Below are positions 30,922-41,186 of a stretch of DNA of 64,000 nt, piece after piece. The stretch is from an uncultured Planctomycetota bacterium (GTDB taxonomy: Bacteria; Planctomycetota; Planctomycetia; Isosphaerales; Isosphaeraceae): positions 7,296,001-7,360,000 of the forward strand of contig CAVTTN010000002.1 of the NCBI GenBank assembly GCA_963737655.1, read 5' to 3'. Positions within the stretch are counted from its first letter, which is position 1. Each line of letters begins with the position of its first letter. A model generated the notes under the pieces. It had not been told where the DNA came from. It saw only the letters and a program-made list of their open reading frames with translations, and searched no databases. Made by a program: the position numbers and the translations under genes.

Positions 30922-31515
30922 ATGAAGACCCTCCGCCGTCTCCTGCTGGTCGCCGTGAGCCTGACCGCCTCGGGCGGCTGCGGCTACACCCTCCGAACGC
31001 CGTATAATCGCGAGCTGAAAACGATCTACGTGCCGATGTTCAAGTCGCAACGGTTCCGCCGCGATTTGAACCTCCAGCTCACCCAGCTCGTCCAGCAGGA
31101 GATCCAGACGAGGACGCCCTACCGGATCGTCAACACGCCCGAGCAGGCCGATTGCCGGCTCGACGGCGTGATCACCTACGACGACAAGAATATCATCGTC
31201 GAGAACCCGAACAACCTGCCCCGGCACCTCCAGGCCAGCATGTACGTGACGGTTAGCTTCACCGACAACCGCACCGGGGTCACCACCACGAAGGTCTCGC
31301 CCCCGGCGTTCGTGGCCGAGGCCGCCCCGTTCTACCCCGAAATCGGCGACACGGCCGAGCTCGGCTTCCAGAAGGTCATGCAGAAGCTCGCCCGGGACAT
31401 CGCCAGCATGATGGAAGACCCCTGGGGCGACGAATACCGAGAAGACCCCGACGTCCCGCCCATCGACCCCGACGACCGACCCGACCCCAGGCCCGGGATG
31501 CGCCGGCCCCAGTAG
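30922..31515 (+). CDS. LPS assembly lipoprotein LptE family
   Basis: Lipobox GGCGY, TIYVPMFK...RR.L..QLT. Confidence 0.75.
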   Translation: MKTLRRLLLVAVSLTASGGCGYTLRTPYNRELKTIYVPMFKSQRFRRDLNLQLTQLVQQEIQTRTPYRIVNTPEQADCRLDGVITYDDKNIIVENPNNLPRHLQASMYVTVSFTDNRTGVTTTKVSPPAFVAEAAPFYPEIGDTAELGFQKVMQKLARDIASMMEDPWGDEYREDPDVPPIDPDDRPDPRPGMRRPQ

Positions 31516-31676
31516 ACGAAGACAACGGGCGGAAGAGGGCCTGACCAGCCGCTCGCCGGATTCGGAGGAGGACTGAGCGAGAGAGCGACCCTCGCCCTCC
31601 TTCCCCGATCGCCCGAGCCGCGGTATCCTGGTCGGGATGCGCGTCGCGGACCCGACCGGGAGATGAATCGATCGCC

Positions 31677-32831
31677 ATGAGAGTCGCCAAGCTTGCTCTG
31701 GAGGATGGGACGGTCTACACGGGCCGGGGGTTCGGGGCCGTCGGGGAAGTGGATGGCGAGGTCGTGTTCAATACGAGCATGACCGGGTATCAAGAAATCC
31801 TCACCGATCCCTCGTACCACGGCCAGATTGTGGCCATGACCTATCCCCTGATCGGCAATTACGGGGTGAACGCCGAGGACGTGGAGAGCGGCCGGCCGTG
31901 GGTCCGCGGGTTCGTGGTCCGCGAGCTCAGCCGGGTCACGAGCAACCACCGGGCGGCCGGATCGCTCGACGATTACCTCGCCCGCAACGGGATTCCGGGC
32001 CTCGAGGGGATCGACACCCGGTCCCTGGTCCGCCGGACCCGCGAGCTCGGGGCGATGAAGGGCATCCTGTCCTCGACCGACCTGGACGACGCCTCCCTGG
32101 TGGGCAAGGCCAGGTCCAGCCCGGGGCTGATCGGCCGCGACCTGGCCTCGGAAGTCATGCCCGAAGGCCCTTCGACCTGGGAGCCGGGGTTCGAGAGCGC
32201 CTTCGGCGAGAAGACTCATGAACACGTGGCGGGCGTTCGGAGGCCGCACGTCGTCGCCCTGGATTTCGGGATGAAGTGGAACATCCCCCGGCACCTCGTC
32301 GAGAGCGGCTGCCGCGTCACGGTCGTCCCGGGGAACTCGCCGACCTCGGCGATCCTGGAGCACTCGCCCGACGGCGTGTTCCTTTCCAACGGCCCCGGCG
32401 ATCCCTCGGCGTTGGGCGGGGCGGTGCGGACCCTCCGCGAGTTGATCGGCGTGAGCGAGTCCCGCGGATTGCCCATCTTCGGCATCTGCCTCGGTCATCA
32501 ACTGCTCGGCCAGGCCCTGGGCGGCAAGACGTTCAAGCTGAAATTCGGCCATCGGGGGGCGAACCACCCGGTCCGCGACGAGAGGACCGGCAAGGTCGAG
32601 ATCACCACCCAGAACCACGGGTTCGCGGTCGATCCGTCCAGTCTCCCGGCGGAGGTCCAGGCCAGCCACGTGAACCTGAACGACGGCACGCTCGAAGGCT
32701 TGAGGCACCAACGACTTCCGGTGATGGCCGTGCAGTACCACCCGGAGGCGTCGGCGGGCCCCCACGACAGCGCCTACCTCTTCGCCGAGTTTTACTCGCT
32801 CCTGGGCGAGGGCGGAGGCGTCAAGGCATGA
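31677..32831 (+). CDS. carA: Carbamoyl-phosphate synthase small subunit
   Basis: GEVVFNTSMTGYQE, SNGPGDP, GICLGHQ, QYHPE. Confidence 0.97.
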   Translation: MRVAKLALEDGTVYTGRGFGAVGEVDGEVVFNTSMTGYQEILTDPSYHGQIVAMTYPLIGNYGVNAEDVESGRPWVRGFVVRELSRVTSNHRAAGSLDDYLARNGIPGLEGIDTRSLVRRTRELGAMKGILSSTDLDDASLVGKARSSPGLIGRDLASEVMPEGPSTWEPGFESAFGEKTHEHVAGVRRPHVVALDFGMKWNIPRHLVESGCRVTVVPGNSPTSAILEHSPDGVFLSNGPGDPSALGGAVRTLRELIGVSESRGLPIFGICLGHQLLGQALGGKTFKLKFGHRGANHPVRDERTGKVEITTQNHGFAVDPSSLPAEVQASHVNLNDGTLEGLRHQRLPVMAVQYHPEASAGPHDSAYLFAEFYSLLGEGGGVKA

Positions 32832-34482
32832 CCCGGCAGCCCACCGCCGTGTTGATTTTGAGAGTATTGCGGCGGTGCCGGGTCAGGGTGTCTCGATAAT
32901 AGCGGACGAGCGTGGTCGTGTCCCGAAGGACCGCGAAGTAGTCGGACACGGAGATCTCGTCGGCCTGGAGCCTCTGGGCCGCGCGGTCTCGCTTGCGGCG
33001 GACCGCCGGGATCGTCTGCGATTCCAGCCTCAATGCGTCCTCGCGGGTGTTGCGGAAGTCGCGGACGGCCTGCTCGACCTCGGCGATCACCTCGCGCTCG
33101 ACGGCCGTGGCCTCGTTCCGGGCCTGGGCGATGTTGATCTCGGCCCGTTTGAGGTTGCCCTGGTTGCGGTTGAACAGGGGGACCGAGACAAACAGCCCCG
33201 CCCCCCAGCCCGTGACGCTTCTCTGGCCCTGGTACGAGTTATCCCGGAATTCGTAGGGCGTGTAGAGGAAATAGGGGTCGGAAAACCGCTCGGCCTTCTC
33301 CTGGTCGAGCTGCCGGGCCGCCCGCCCCACCCCGAGCTTGTTGGCCAGGAGATCGGGGCGTCGGCAGAGGGCCAGAGCGATCAGGGTCTCGACCGGAGGC
33401 GCGTCCGGCTCCAGGATCCGGAGCGAGCCGGTCAGTTCCAGGGTCTCGACCTCCGCCGGGGGCAGGTCCAAAAGGATCGCCAGCCTCTCCCGGGTCTTGT
33501 GGAACCGTTCCCGGGCGTCGCCCAGGGAGAGGGCGGCGAGGTCTCGTTCGATGATGAGGTCATCCACCGCGTCGCGGCCCTCGGCCGTCCTGTCATTCTC
33601 GGCCTGGGTGTCGTTCAACAAGCGTTGGATCGACTCCAACCCCCTCTCGGCCGAGCGGACCGCCTGCCGGGCCGCCAGGGCATCCACATAGGCCGTGGCG
33701 AGGTTGTCGATCGCCAGGCGGACGGCGTCCTGATACTGGGCCCCGAGCACCAGCCTCTCTTGCCTGGCCACGGCCACCCTCGCCCGCCTCTTGCCGGTCA
33801 GGTCGAGCGGGTAAACCAGGCTGATCCCGTGGGAGATGTCGCCTGGGCGAGACGCGGAATAGGTCTTGCCGTAGGGAACGCTGTCCGACGAGTAGAACAG
33901 CAACGGGTTTTCCAGCAAGCCGGCGCTCAGGACGTCGGCCTCGGCCTGGGGCAGTTCGAGGAACTTGGTCCGAAGCTCGCGATTGCTCGTGACCAGCCGG
34001 TTGATGGCCTCGTCCAGGGTCAATCCGCCGGGAGGCCCGGGGTCGTCCCCCAGGTCCGATCGCACATCGGGCGACGTCCGAGGGGTTGCGGTCGGCGAAT
34101 CGGCCGGGCCCAGGGGGGCGGTTCGGTCGAGTCTCAGGACCGTCGGCGCCAGCCCTTGCTCGGCGCCGGCCGAGGCCCGTCCCGGGGCCTGCCGCTCGGT
34201 CGGGTCGCCGGGGCGGCGAGTCAACTGGGGCAGGGGGGCCGTCTTCCGCTGGGAGTCCACGCCCAGGAGCAACTCGGTCGATCCCGGGCTCTTGCGGTAC
34301 GGACTCGCCGTCGATCCGGGGCTGATCCCCAGCGCCGATCGCTTCGCCTTTTGCTCATTCGCCTTGGCCTGGGCCGCGACGATGATATCGTCGGCCAGGG
34401 TCACCTGGGCCCTGGCGCGGCTCATCGGGACCGCCAGCGCGAGGCCCCATCCCGCCAGGAATCCGAGCGTCCGTCTCGTCAT
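32821..34482 (-). CDS. TolC/CzcC family outer membrane efflux protein
   Basis: Signal peptide, LTLDEAI, SVPLFNRNQG, helical repeats; 3' end overlaps carA by 11 nt. Confidence 0.85.
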   Translation of the reverse strand: MTRRTLGFLAGWGLALAVPMSRARAQVTLADDIIVAAQAKANEQKAKRSALGISPGSTASPYRKSPGSTELLLGVDSQRKTAPLPQLTRRPGDPTERQAPGRASAGAEQGLAPTVLRLDRTAPLGPADSPTATPRTSPDVRSDLGDDPGPPGGLTLDEAINRLVTSNRELRTKFLELPQAEADVLSAGLLENPLLFYSSDSVPYGKTYSASRPGDISHGISLVYPLDLTGKRRARVAVARQERLVLGAQYQDAVRLAIDNLATAYVDALAARQAVRSAERGLESIQRLLNDTQAENDRTAEGRDAVDDLIIERDLAALSLGDARERFHKTRERLAILLDLPPAEVETLELTGSLRILEPDAPPVETLIALALCRRPDLLANKLGVGRAARQLDQEKAERFSDPYFLYTPYEFRDNSYQGQRSVTGWGAGLFVSVPLFNRNQGNLKRAEINIAQARNEATAVEREVIAEVEQAVRDFRNTREDALRLESQTIPAVRRKRDRAAQRLQADEISVSDYFAVLRDTTTLVRYYRDTLTRHRRNTLKINTAVGCRVMP

Positions 34483-34720
34483 GAACTCGCGGGCCTCCGG
34501 GACTCCGTCCAGGGGGGAAAGAACGGTCCGCCCGATCCTGCCAGCAAGATCGGCAGGCGTCCGCCTCGCAGCCATCCCAGGTCGCCGAGACGGCCCGGCC
34601 CCGGCGCCCTCCTCGGCGCGACCCGCGCAACCCCCCCGAGCGGATCGACCCTCGGCGAACCCGTCGGATCGGCCTAGAATGAGGAAACCGCCACGGCCGA
34701 CTCCCCATCGAGACCGCGAG

Positions 34721-35014
34721 ATGCCCCCGACCGATCCCCCGGCCGACGCATGCGACCTCTGCGAGAGGGTCGCCCCCCTGACGTTCCACCACCTGATCCC
34801 CCGGGCCGTCCACAAGAAGCCGAGGTTCCAGAAGACCTTCACCAAGGCCGAGATGCGCCAGACCGGATTATCGCTCTGCCAGCTCTGCCACGACGGGATT
34901 CATGACCTGATCCCCGACGAGAAGCAACTCGCCCGGGAATACCACACCCGGGAGTTGCTCCTGGCCCATCCCGGGATCGCCCGCCATGTGGCGTGGGTGC
35001 GGAAGCAGAAGTGA
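34721..35014 (+). CDS. Small HNH-like (YisB-type) zinc-binding protein
   Basis: CDLCER..LTFHHLIP and LCQLCHDGIH. Confidence 0.75.
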   Translation: MPPTDPPADACDLCERVAPLTFHHLIPRAVHKKPRFQKTFTKAEMRQTGLSLCQLCHDGIHDLIPDEKQLAREYHTRELLLAHPGIARHVAWVRKQK

Positions 35015-35021
35015 CCGTCGA

Positions 35022-35720
35022 TCAGTTCTCGCGCGATCCCCCGAGCGACTCGCTGAGGAACCGGCGGAGGCGGATGCCCTCGTCCAGGAGGGCCACGAAA
35101 TCCTCGGCCGGGCGGATCCCGAAGAAACTCGGCCCCCAGTTCGGCCTCCAGAGGACGAGACGGCCGTTGCGGGCCTCGGCCCACCAGCCCGGCCTCTCGG
35201 CCAGGAATTCCAGGGCCGGGCCGCCGAACGCCCGGCGGATCGTCGTCTCGTCGTCGCCCCGGAGGTCGTAGGACTTCGAGAATTTCACCCCGGAGTCGGA
35301 ATCCTCGAAATTGATGTCCCGGCCGACGAACACGGCGACGAGCTTCCGTCCCAGGTTCTCCGGCTGGAGCAGGAAGTCGGGCAATCCGGGCCGGGGATCG
35401 CGGAAGGCGATGACCTGCTGGGACCGGGCCGCCTTGCCGGCCTGAAGACTGAAATTCATGAAGAGGATCTGGAGGCCGTCGCGGGCCCCTTCCATCGGGT
35501 TGTCCGCCCACTTCCTGTCGTTCGTCCGAAACAGGGAGAATTCGGCCAGGGGCTTGAGCTGATCGCCGGTCCATTTCTCCTCGCGGGAGAACCCCAGGAT
35601 CGAGGCGACCTCGATCGAGACCCGGCGAGCGGCCCGGACCTGGACGATCCCCGCCCAGATCAATGCCACGAAGGTCAGGAGGAACAGCGAGCAGAAGACC
35701 CACAGAAACGTGGGGGACAT
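35022..35720 (-). CDS. Hypothetical membrane-anchored protein
   Basis: N-terminal TM, LPDF.L.PE, DINF...FS..Y; start could be 35747. Confidence 0.7.
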   Translation of the reverse strand: MSPTFLWVFCSLFLLTFVALIWAGIVQVRAARRVSIEVASILGFSREEKWTGDQLKPLAEFSLFRTNDRKWADNPMEGARDGLQILFMNFSLQAGKAARSQQVIAFRDPRPGLPDFLLQPENLGRKLVAVFVGRDINFEDSDSGVKFSKSYDLRGDDETTIRRAFGGPALEFLAERPGWWAEARNGRLVLWRPNWGPSFFGIRPAEDFVALLDEGIRLRRFLSESLGGSREN

Positions 35721-36051
35721 CTCGCCCCCTCGGACAGCCCACAGCATCGCGAATCCCCCAATGGCCTCGACCCCCTCGTCGCCCAGGCCCCGAAGCTAAT
35801 CCGGGCGAGCGTGCCGATCAACGGGCCTCCCACCGGGGAAGCCAACTCCCCATCCTGGAATCCGGAAGGCCGGCGGGCCGGGAACGGCCCTCGTCGCCAG
35901 ACCCCTTTCCCGGATCATCGCGACTCCCGCCCTCGCCGATCACCCAATCCGTCACCCCGGGCGGAATTTTCACAAACGGATTGACGCAATTTGAAAAAAT
36001 GATAAAAACATTTTAAACTCATGACAATGAACGGATGGCGGCCTTCGACGA

Positions 36052-36146
36052 CCGCGGATGACGCAGACGACTCAGATCGGAGATTTGACGACTCCGCTCC
36101 GAATTTGCCCAATCGGAATAATCTGCGTCATCCGCCAAATCCGCGG
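36052..36146. repeat. Imperfect triple-heptamer inverted repeat (CGCRGAT type)
   Basis: CGCGGAT-GA-CGCAGAC-GA-CTCAGAT versus ATCTGCG-TC-ATCCGCC-AA-ATCCGCG. Confidence 0.6.
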
Positions 36147-36404
36147 CTGCCTCAGGCCATCTCCGATGTCCGCTGCTTTTGACGACACTCGTCACTCTTA
36201 TCGGAGATCACCGATGAATTGCGGCCGCCGAGATGTTGGTGGAATACTGCCCGATTCGGGCCAATTCGCCTTAGATTTTGTTCGCCGTAAATATTGAATC
36301 AGAAACACATTGGGAAAAACTAAATAAAATTCGAAAATATGAGGAGTCTTGCTCGCGCACGAGTGACTGCGCACGCGAAACCAGCCTGATTTCCGCCCTT
36401 TTTG

Positions 36405-36424
36405 CACATTTGGGACGAAATGTG
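36405..36424. promoter_or_regulatory. Palindromic operator-like site in AT-rich region upstream of purA
   Basis: CACATTT-N6-AAATGTG. Confidence 0.3.
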
Positions 36425-36712
36425 TAGTCAACTTGTTCGTCACAAATAATTTAACATATTTGATAAAATTGAGATTGGAAAAATCTAGAAAATGTCAATT
36501 TGTGGACTCGCAAGCTCAAACTCGACGCAGATCGCCCATGCCTCCGGGTCTTCGCAGATCGACGGCCGGGCCGCGCCGGCGAGGTCGGGGCCCGATTCCG
36601 TCCGAGGGAGCCGGGCCCCCCGATTGACGCGGCCCTCCTCGCCTCGTTAATTTGTCTCTTTGCACCGCAAAGGTTTCGTCGGATGGGTTCGGATCGGGAA
36701 AGCGAGACCGCC

Positions 36713-38001
36713 GTGGCATCGACGTGCGTCGTGGGGCTTCAGTGGGGCGATGAGGCCAAGGGGAAGATCGTCGACCTCCTCTGCGACCGACATGACGTGG
36801 TCGTCCGCTATCAGGGCGGGGCGAACGCCGGTCATACGGTCGTGGCCGACGGGGTGACGTACAAGCTCTCCCTGATCCCCACGGGCATCCTCCGGCCGGG
36901 GATCGCGGCGGTGATCGGCAACGGCGTGGTGGTCCACCCCCCGGCGTTGCTCAAGGAGATCGCCACGCTCTCGGCCCAGGGCGTCGATTTCGACGGCCGA
37001 CTGATCGTCAGCGACCGCGCCCACGTGATCCTCCCGCATCACCTGGCCGAGGAGCGGCTGACCGAGGAGTCGTCGTCGGCCGCCGACCATCTGGGGACGA
37101 CCCGCCGCGGGATCGGCCCGTGCTATCGCGACAAGGTCGGCCGGGTTCATGGCGTCCGCATGGGCGACCTGTACCATCCCGGGCGGTTCCGCGAGCATCT
37201 GGGACGGATCGTCGCCTACAAGAACCGCCTCCTCTCCGCGATGCTCCCGGACTTCGAGCCGATCGACGCGGGATCGGTGGCGGAGGAGTACCTCGACCAC
37301 GCGACGAGCCTCCGCCCGTTCGTCCGCGACGCCACCGCCTGGCTCCACGAGGCGATCGGCCGGGGGAAACGGCTGATGTTCGAGGGGCGCAGGGCTCCTT
37401 GCTCGACGTGGACCACGGCAGTTATCCTTATGTGACGAGCTCCAACAGCAGCGCCGCCGGGATCGCCGCCGGCTCGGGCGTGCCGACCCGGCTGATCGAT
37501 CGCTGGATCGGGATCGTCAAGGCGTACACGACCCGGGTCGGCGGAGGCCCGTTCCCGACCGAGCAGGACAACGCCATCGGCGAGCGAATCCGCCGGATCG
37601 GCCGCGAGTACGGCACCGTGACCGGCCGCCCCCGCCGCTGCGGCTGGTTCGACGCCGTGGCCGTCCGCTACTCGGCCAGGGTGAGCGGGGCGACCGAGAT
37701 TGCGGTGATGCTCCTGGACGTCCTCTCGGGCCTGGAGACGCTCCAGGTCGCCGTGGCGTATGAAGATGAGGACGGGAAACGCATCGAGCACTTCCCGGCG
37801 CATCTCGCGGACCTCGAACGCTGCCGGCCGGTGTACGAGACCCTGCCCGGATGGTCCCAGGACGTGACCGGCTGCCGGTCCTGGTCCGACCTGCCCGCCG
37901 AGGCGAGGGACTACGTGCGGTTCCTCAGCCAGCAAGTGGGCGTCCCGGTGAGGATCGTCTCCGTCGGCCCGGACCGGACGGCGACCCTGTCGGTCGATTG
38001 A
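36713..38001 (+). CDS. purA: Adenylosuccinate synthetase (apparent 1-nt deletion in G-run 37384-37387)
   Basis: [21 protein letters not shown][A][26 protein letters not shown]. Confidence 0.95.
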
Positions 38002-38051
38002 TCCATCCCGAGTCGATTCCGCCCGAGATCCCGGCCAGAGAGGCCCGAAGC

Positions 38052-38816
38052 GTGTCGATCTCCCCCGAAGGACTGCGGACGCTCGACCGGCTGGGCCTCT
38101 CGCCCGAGCAGGTGCCCGGCCACGTCGCGATCATCATGGACGGCAACGGCCGGTGGGCCCAGTCGCGAGGATTGCCCCGCGTCCTGGGCCATCGCCGGGG
38201 GATTCAGAGCGTCCGGGCCGTGGTCGAGGAGGGCTGCCGCCTCGGCCTGGACCAGTTGACGCTCTATTGCCTGTCGGTCGAGAACTGGAAGAGGCCGCCT
38301 CGCGAGCTGAAGTTCCTGATGCGATTGCTCCGGCATTTCCTCGTGGTCGAGCGGGCGGAATTGATGGATCAGAACGTCCGGCTGGCGATGATCGGCCGCC
38401 GCGAGGGGCTGCCGGAAGACGTCCTGGCCGAGTTCGACCGCACGGCCGAGCAGACCGCCGGCAACACCGGGATGACGCTCTGCCTGGCCGTCAATTACGG
38501 GGGCCGGACCGAGATCGCCGACGCCGCGAAGAGGATCGCCAAGGAGGCCCGCGAAGGCCGGCTCGACCCGGATTCGATCGATGAATCCACGTTCGCGAAT
38601 TATTTGAACACGGCCGGGATGGCCGACCCGGACCTCCTGATCCGCACGGCCGGGGAGATGCGCGTGAGCAACTATCTCCTCTGGCAGATCTCTTACGCCG
38701 AGCTCTGGGTCACCGACGTCCTCTGGCCCGACTTCCGCGCCGGCGACCTCCAATCGGCGATCGCCGATTTCGCGAGGCGGGACCGGAAGTTCGGCGGGTT
38801 GGTGACGAGCCGGTAG
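38052..38816 (+). CDS. uppS: Isoprenyl transferase (undecaprenyl diphosphate synthase)
   Basis: HVAIIMDGNGRWA, SVENWKRP, NYGGR, RTAGE.R.SNYLLWQ. Confidence 0.95.
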   Translation: MSISPEGLRTLDRLGLSPEQVPGHVAIIMDGNGRWAQSRGLPRVLGHRRGIQSVRAVVEEGCRLGLDQLTLYCLSVENWKRPPRELKFLMRLLRHFLVVERAELMDQNVRLAMIGRREGLPEDVLAEFDRTAEQTAGNTGMTLCLAVNYGGRTEIADAAKRIAKEAREGRLDPDSIDESTFANYLNTAGMADPDLLIRTAGEMRVSNYLLWQISYAELWVTDVLWPDFRAGDLQSAIADFARRDRKFGGLVTSR

Positions 38817-38874
38817 CGATGGTGTAAGCTTTCCCGGTCGTCCTCGCGCACCTCGCCACGGAACCGCCCTCGCG

Positions 38875-39798
38875 ATGCTCGCATCTCGCCTCGCCACCAG
38901 CGCCCTGCTGATCCCCGGGGTGGTCGCGGTCCTGATCTTCGACCAGCGGTTCGCCCCGTGGTTCCCCCTGTGGCTGGTGGCCTCGACGGTCATCATGGCG
39001 TTGTGCGCGATGGAGGTCGTCTCGCTGCTGAGCGAGACCGGGGCGAGGCCGTCGGGCAACACGGTGATGGGCGGGGTGCTCGCGCTGATCGCGGCGAACT
39101 GGGCGCCCCACATCGCCCGAGAGCTCGGGACGACCGCCTCGGGCTACGTCCCGGCCCACGACGCGGCGACGGCGGCCGAGGTCTTCGCCTGGCCGTTGTG
39201 GGCGTTCGTGGCGATCGTGATGTTCGCCTTCCTCGTCCAGAGCTTCCAGTTCCGCGCCCCGGGCGGGACGATGGCCTCGATCGCCGCGACGGTCCTCGCC
39301 ACGGCGTATGTCGGCCTCCTGGGCAGCTTCATCATCCAGTTCCGCTGGCTGGAGAGCCCGGACCGCCCCAACGACGGCCTGATCCCCCTGGCCCTGCTGA
39401 TCGCCACGGCGAAGGGCTCGGACATCGGCGCCTACACGCTCGGGAGGCTCGCCGGCCGGCACAAGCTCTGGCCGAGATTGAGCCCGAAGAAGACCGTGGA
39501 GGGGGCGATCGGCGGCCTGATCTTCGGGGTCCTGGCCACCCTGATCGTGGTCGGCCTGGCGAAGCTCGGGAACGTCCCCACGTTCCGCCTCCCGGCGGCG
39601 ATCGGCTTCGGCGTGGCCGTCGGCGCCTCGGCCCAGCTCGGCGACCTCATGGAATCGATGATGAAACGCGATTGCGCCCGCAAGGACGCCTCCACCACCC
39701 TGCCCGGCTTCGGCGGGGTGCTCGACGTGATGGACTCGCTCCTCTTCGCCGGGCCCGTCGCCTATGGCTACTGGCTTTGCCTGGGACCCGGAGGTTGA
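38875..39798 (+). CDS. cdsA: Phosphatidate cytidylyltransferase
   Basis: SPKKTVEG, GDL.ES..KR...KD, GGVLDVMDS; follows uppS. Confidence 0.93.
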   Translation: MLASRLATSALLIPGVVAVLIFDQRFAPWFPLWLVASTVIMALCAMEVVSLLSETGARPSGNTVMGGVLALIAANWAPHIARELGTTASGYVPAHDAATAAEVFAWPLWAFVAIVMFAFLVQSFQFRAPGGTMASIAATVLATAYVGLLGSFIIQFRWLESPDRPNDGLIPLALLIATAKGSDIGAYTLGRLAGRHKLWPRLSPKKTVEGAIGGLIFGVLATLIVVGLAKLGNVPTFRLPAAIGFGVAVGASAQLGDLMESMMKRDCARKDASTTLPGFGGVLDVMDSLLFAGPVAYGYWLCLGPGG

Positions 39799-40107
39799 AC
39801 CGCCAAGGACCCGGAGGTTGAACCGCCAAGACGCCAAGATCGCCAAGGGAAGAGGAGGACAGAGGGAGAGAGGAAGACAGAGGGAGAGAGGAGACAAGAC
39901 AAAATAATTACATAAATTAATTTAAGATTCAATGAAATTGAATTTTCTCTTCACGCTTAGTCTTTCACTTTTTTTCTCCCACCTCTCTTTCACTCTCCTC
40001 TGCTCTCTCCTCCTCCCCTCTCTCCTCTCTCCTCCTCTCCTCTTGGCGATCTTGGCGTCTTGGCGGTTCAACTTCTCCCAGGCGTCTTGGCGGTTCAACT
40101 CCCCACC
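39784..40107. mobile_element. MITE-like inverted-repeat element (CGCCAAG triple heptamer), non-coding
   Basis: Perfect 31-bp IR (39817-39847 / 40042-40072), purine arm, AT core, pyrimidine arm, tandem duplications at both ends. Confidence 0.65.
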
Positions 40108-41186
40108 ATTTTCCGCCCAGCCAGGACGACGACCATCGACGGAAGCACGGAGACGGTGAGGTTCTGGCCTTCGCGGAGGCCCTGAGACTGGCTCTGCAGG
40201 GCGGTGGCGGTGATGGGCCAGTCGTTCGGGCCTCGGAGGAAGACCTGGCGGGTCGTTCCGAGGAAGACCTGGCGTTCGATCGTCGCGGGGAAGCGGTTGG
40301 CGTCGGCGGGGATGGGCGGGGCGAGGCCGAACGCCTCGGGACGGATCGCCAGGGTGATCGGCGAACCCGGAGTGGGCGGCTCGCCCGTGAGCGACGCGAT
40401 CAGCCGGCCGAGGGGCGTTCGGACGATCAGGCCGCCCCTGGCGTCTTCCCCCTCCGCCTGACCCTGGATCAGGTTGACCGGGCCGAGGAGCTGCGCGACC
40501 AGGGCATCGGCCGGGGCGTTGTAGACCTCGTGAGGGGCGGCGACCTGGACGATCCGGCCGAGGTCCAGGATCGCCAGCCGGTCCCCCAGCGCCAGGGCCT
40601 CGCGAGGGTCGCTCGTGAGGAAGAGGGTCGTGGTCTCGGCCTCGGCGTGGACCCTGCGGATCTCGTCGCGATACTCGGCGCGGCCCCGGGGGTCGAGGCG
40701 GGCGGTCGGGTCGTCGAGCAGGAGCAACGCGGGGTCGGAGACCAGGGCCCGGGCCAGGGCCGCCCGGGCCTTCTGCGAGGGCGAGAGCGAGGCGGGACGC
40801 GATTCGGCCAGGCTGTCAATCCGGGCCGAGCCGAGGGCCTCGACCACCCGGTCGCGACGCTCCTTGCGCGACGCGCCGCGGACCCTCGGCCCGTAGCCCA
40901 CGTTCTCGGCCACCGTCAGATGGGGCCAGAGGGCGTCGTCCGAGGCGATCAGCCCGACCTTTCGCTCGTGGGGGGGCAGCTTGAGGATCGACCGGCCGTC
41001 GAACAGGACGTCGCCGGAATCGGGCGAGTCGAGGCCGGCGATCAGGCGGGCCAGGGCCGTCTTGCCCGCGCCCGAGGGGCCGAGGACGGCGAGCAGCTCG
41101 CCCGGACGGACCTCCAGGGTCGCCCCATCGACGGCCGCCACGCCGTCGAACGCGCGAGAAAGGGCCTCGATCGCCACGCGGATCAC
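40095..41186 (-). CDS. ABC transporter ATP-binding protein (PotA/FbpC-like, TOBE C-terminus) with degenerate motifs
   Basis: GPSGAGKT, LWPHLTVAENV; signature LSPSQ, Walker B LLLLDDP, switch FLTSD; GTG start coupled to upstream gene. Confidence 0.85.
   Translation of the reverse strand: MIRVAIEALSRAFDGVAAVDGATLEVRPGELLAVLGPSGAGKTALARLIAGLDSPDSGDVLFDGRSILKLPPHERKVGLIASDDALWPHLTVAENVGYGPRVRGASRKERRDRVVEALGSARIDSLAESRPASLSPSQKARAALARALVSDPALLLLDDPTARLDPRGRAEYRDEIRRVHAEAETTTLFLTSDPREALALGDRLAILDLGRIVQVAAPHEVYNAPADALVAQLLGPVNLIQGQAEGEDARGGLIVRTPLGRLIASLTGEPPTPGSPITLAIRPEAFGLAPPIPADANRFPATIERQVFLGTTRQVFLRGPNDWPITATALQSQSQGLREGQNLTVSVLPSMVVVLAGRKMVGS

Noticed and set aside
36058..36627. Short ORFs in the AT-rich region
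   Set aside because: Atypical codon usage, mutually overlapping, partly translating the IR.
36713..38001. purA (and proA, recO, cyt b) as pseudogenes or programmed frameshifts
   Set aside because: Single indels in short runs with otherwise intact motifs across many genes; sequencing error is more parsimonious.
39932..40159. 75-aa Leu/Ser-rich ORF
   Set aside because: Translation of the pyrimidine arm and IR (LASWRF repeats) of the non-coding element.
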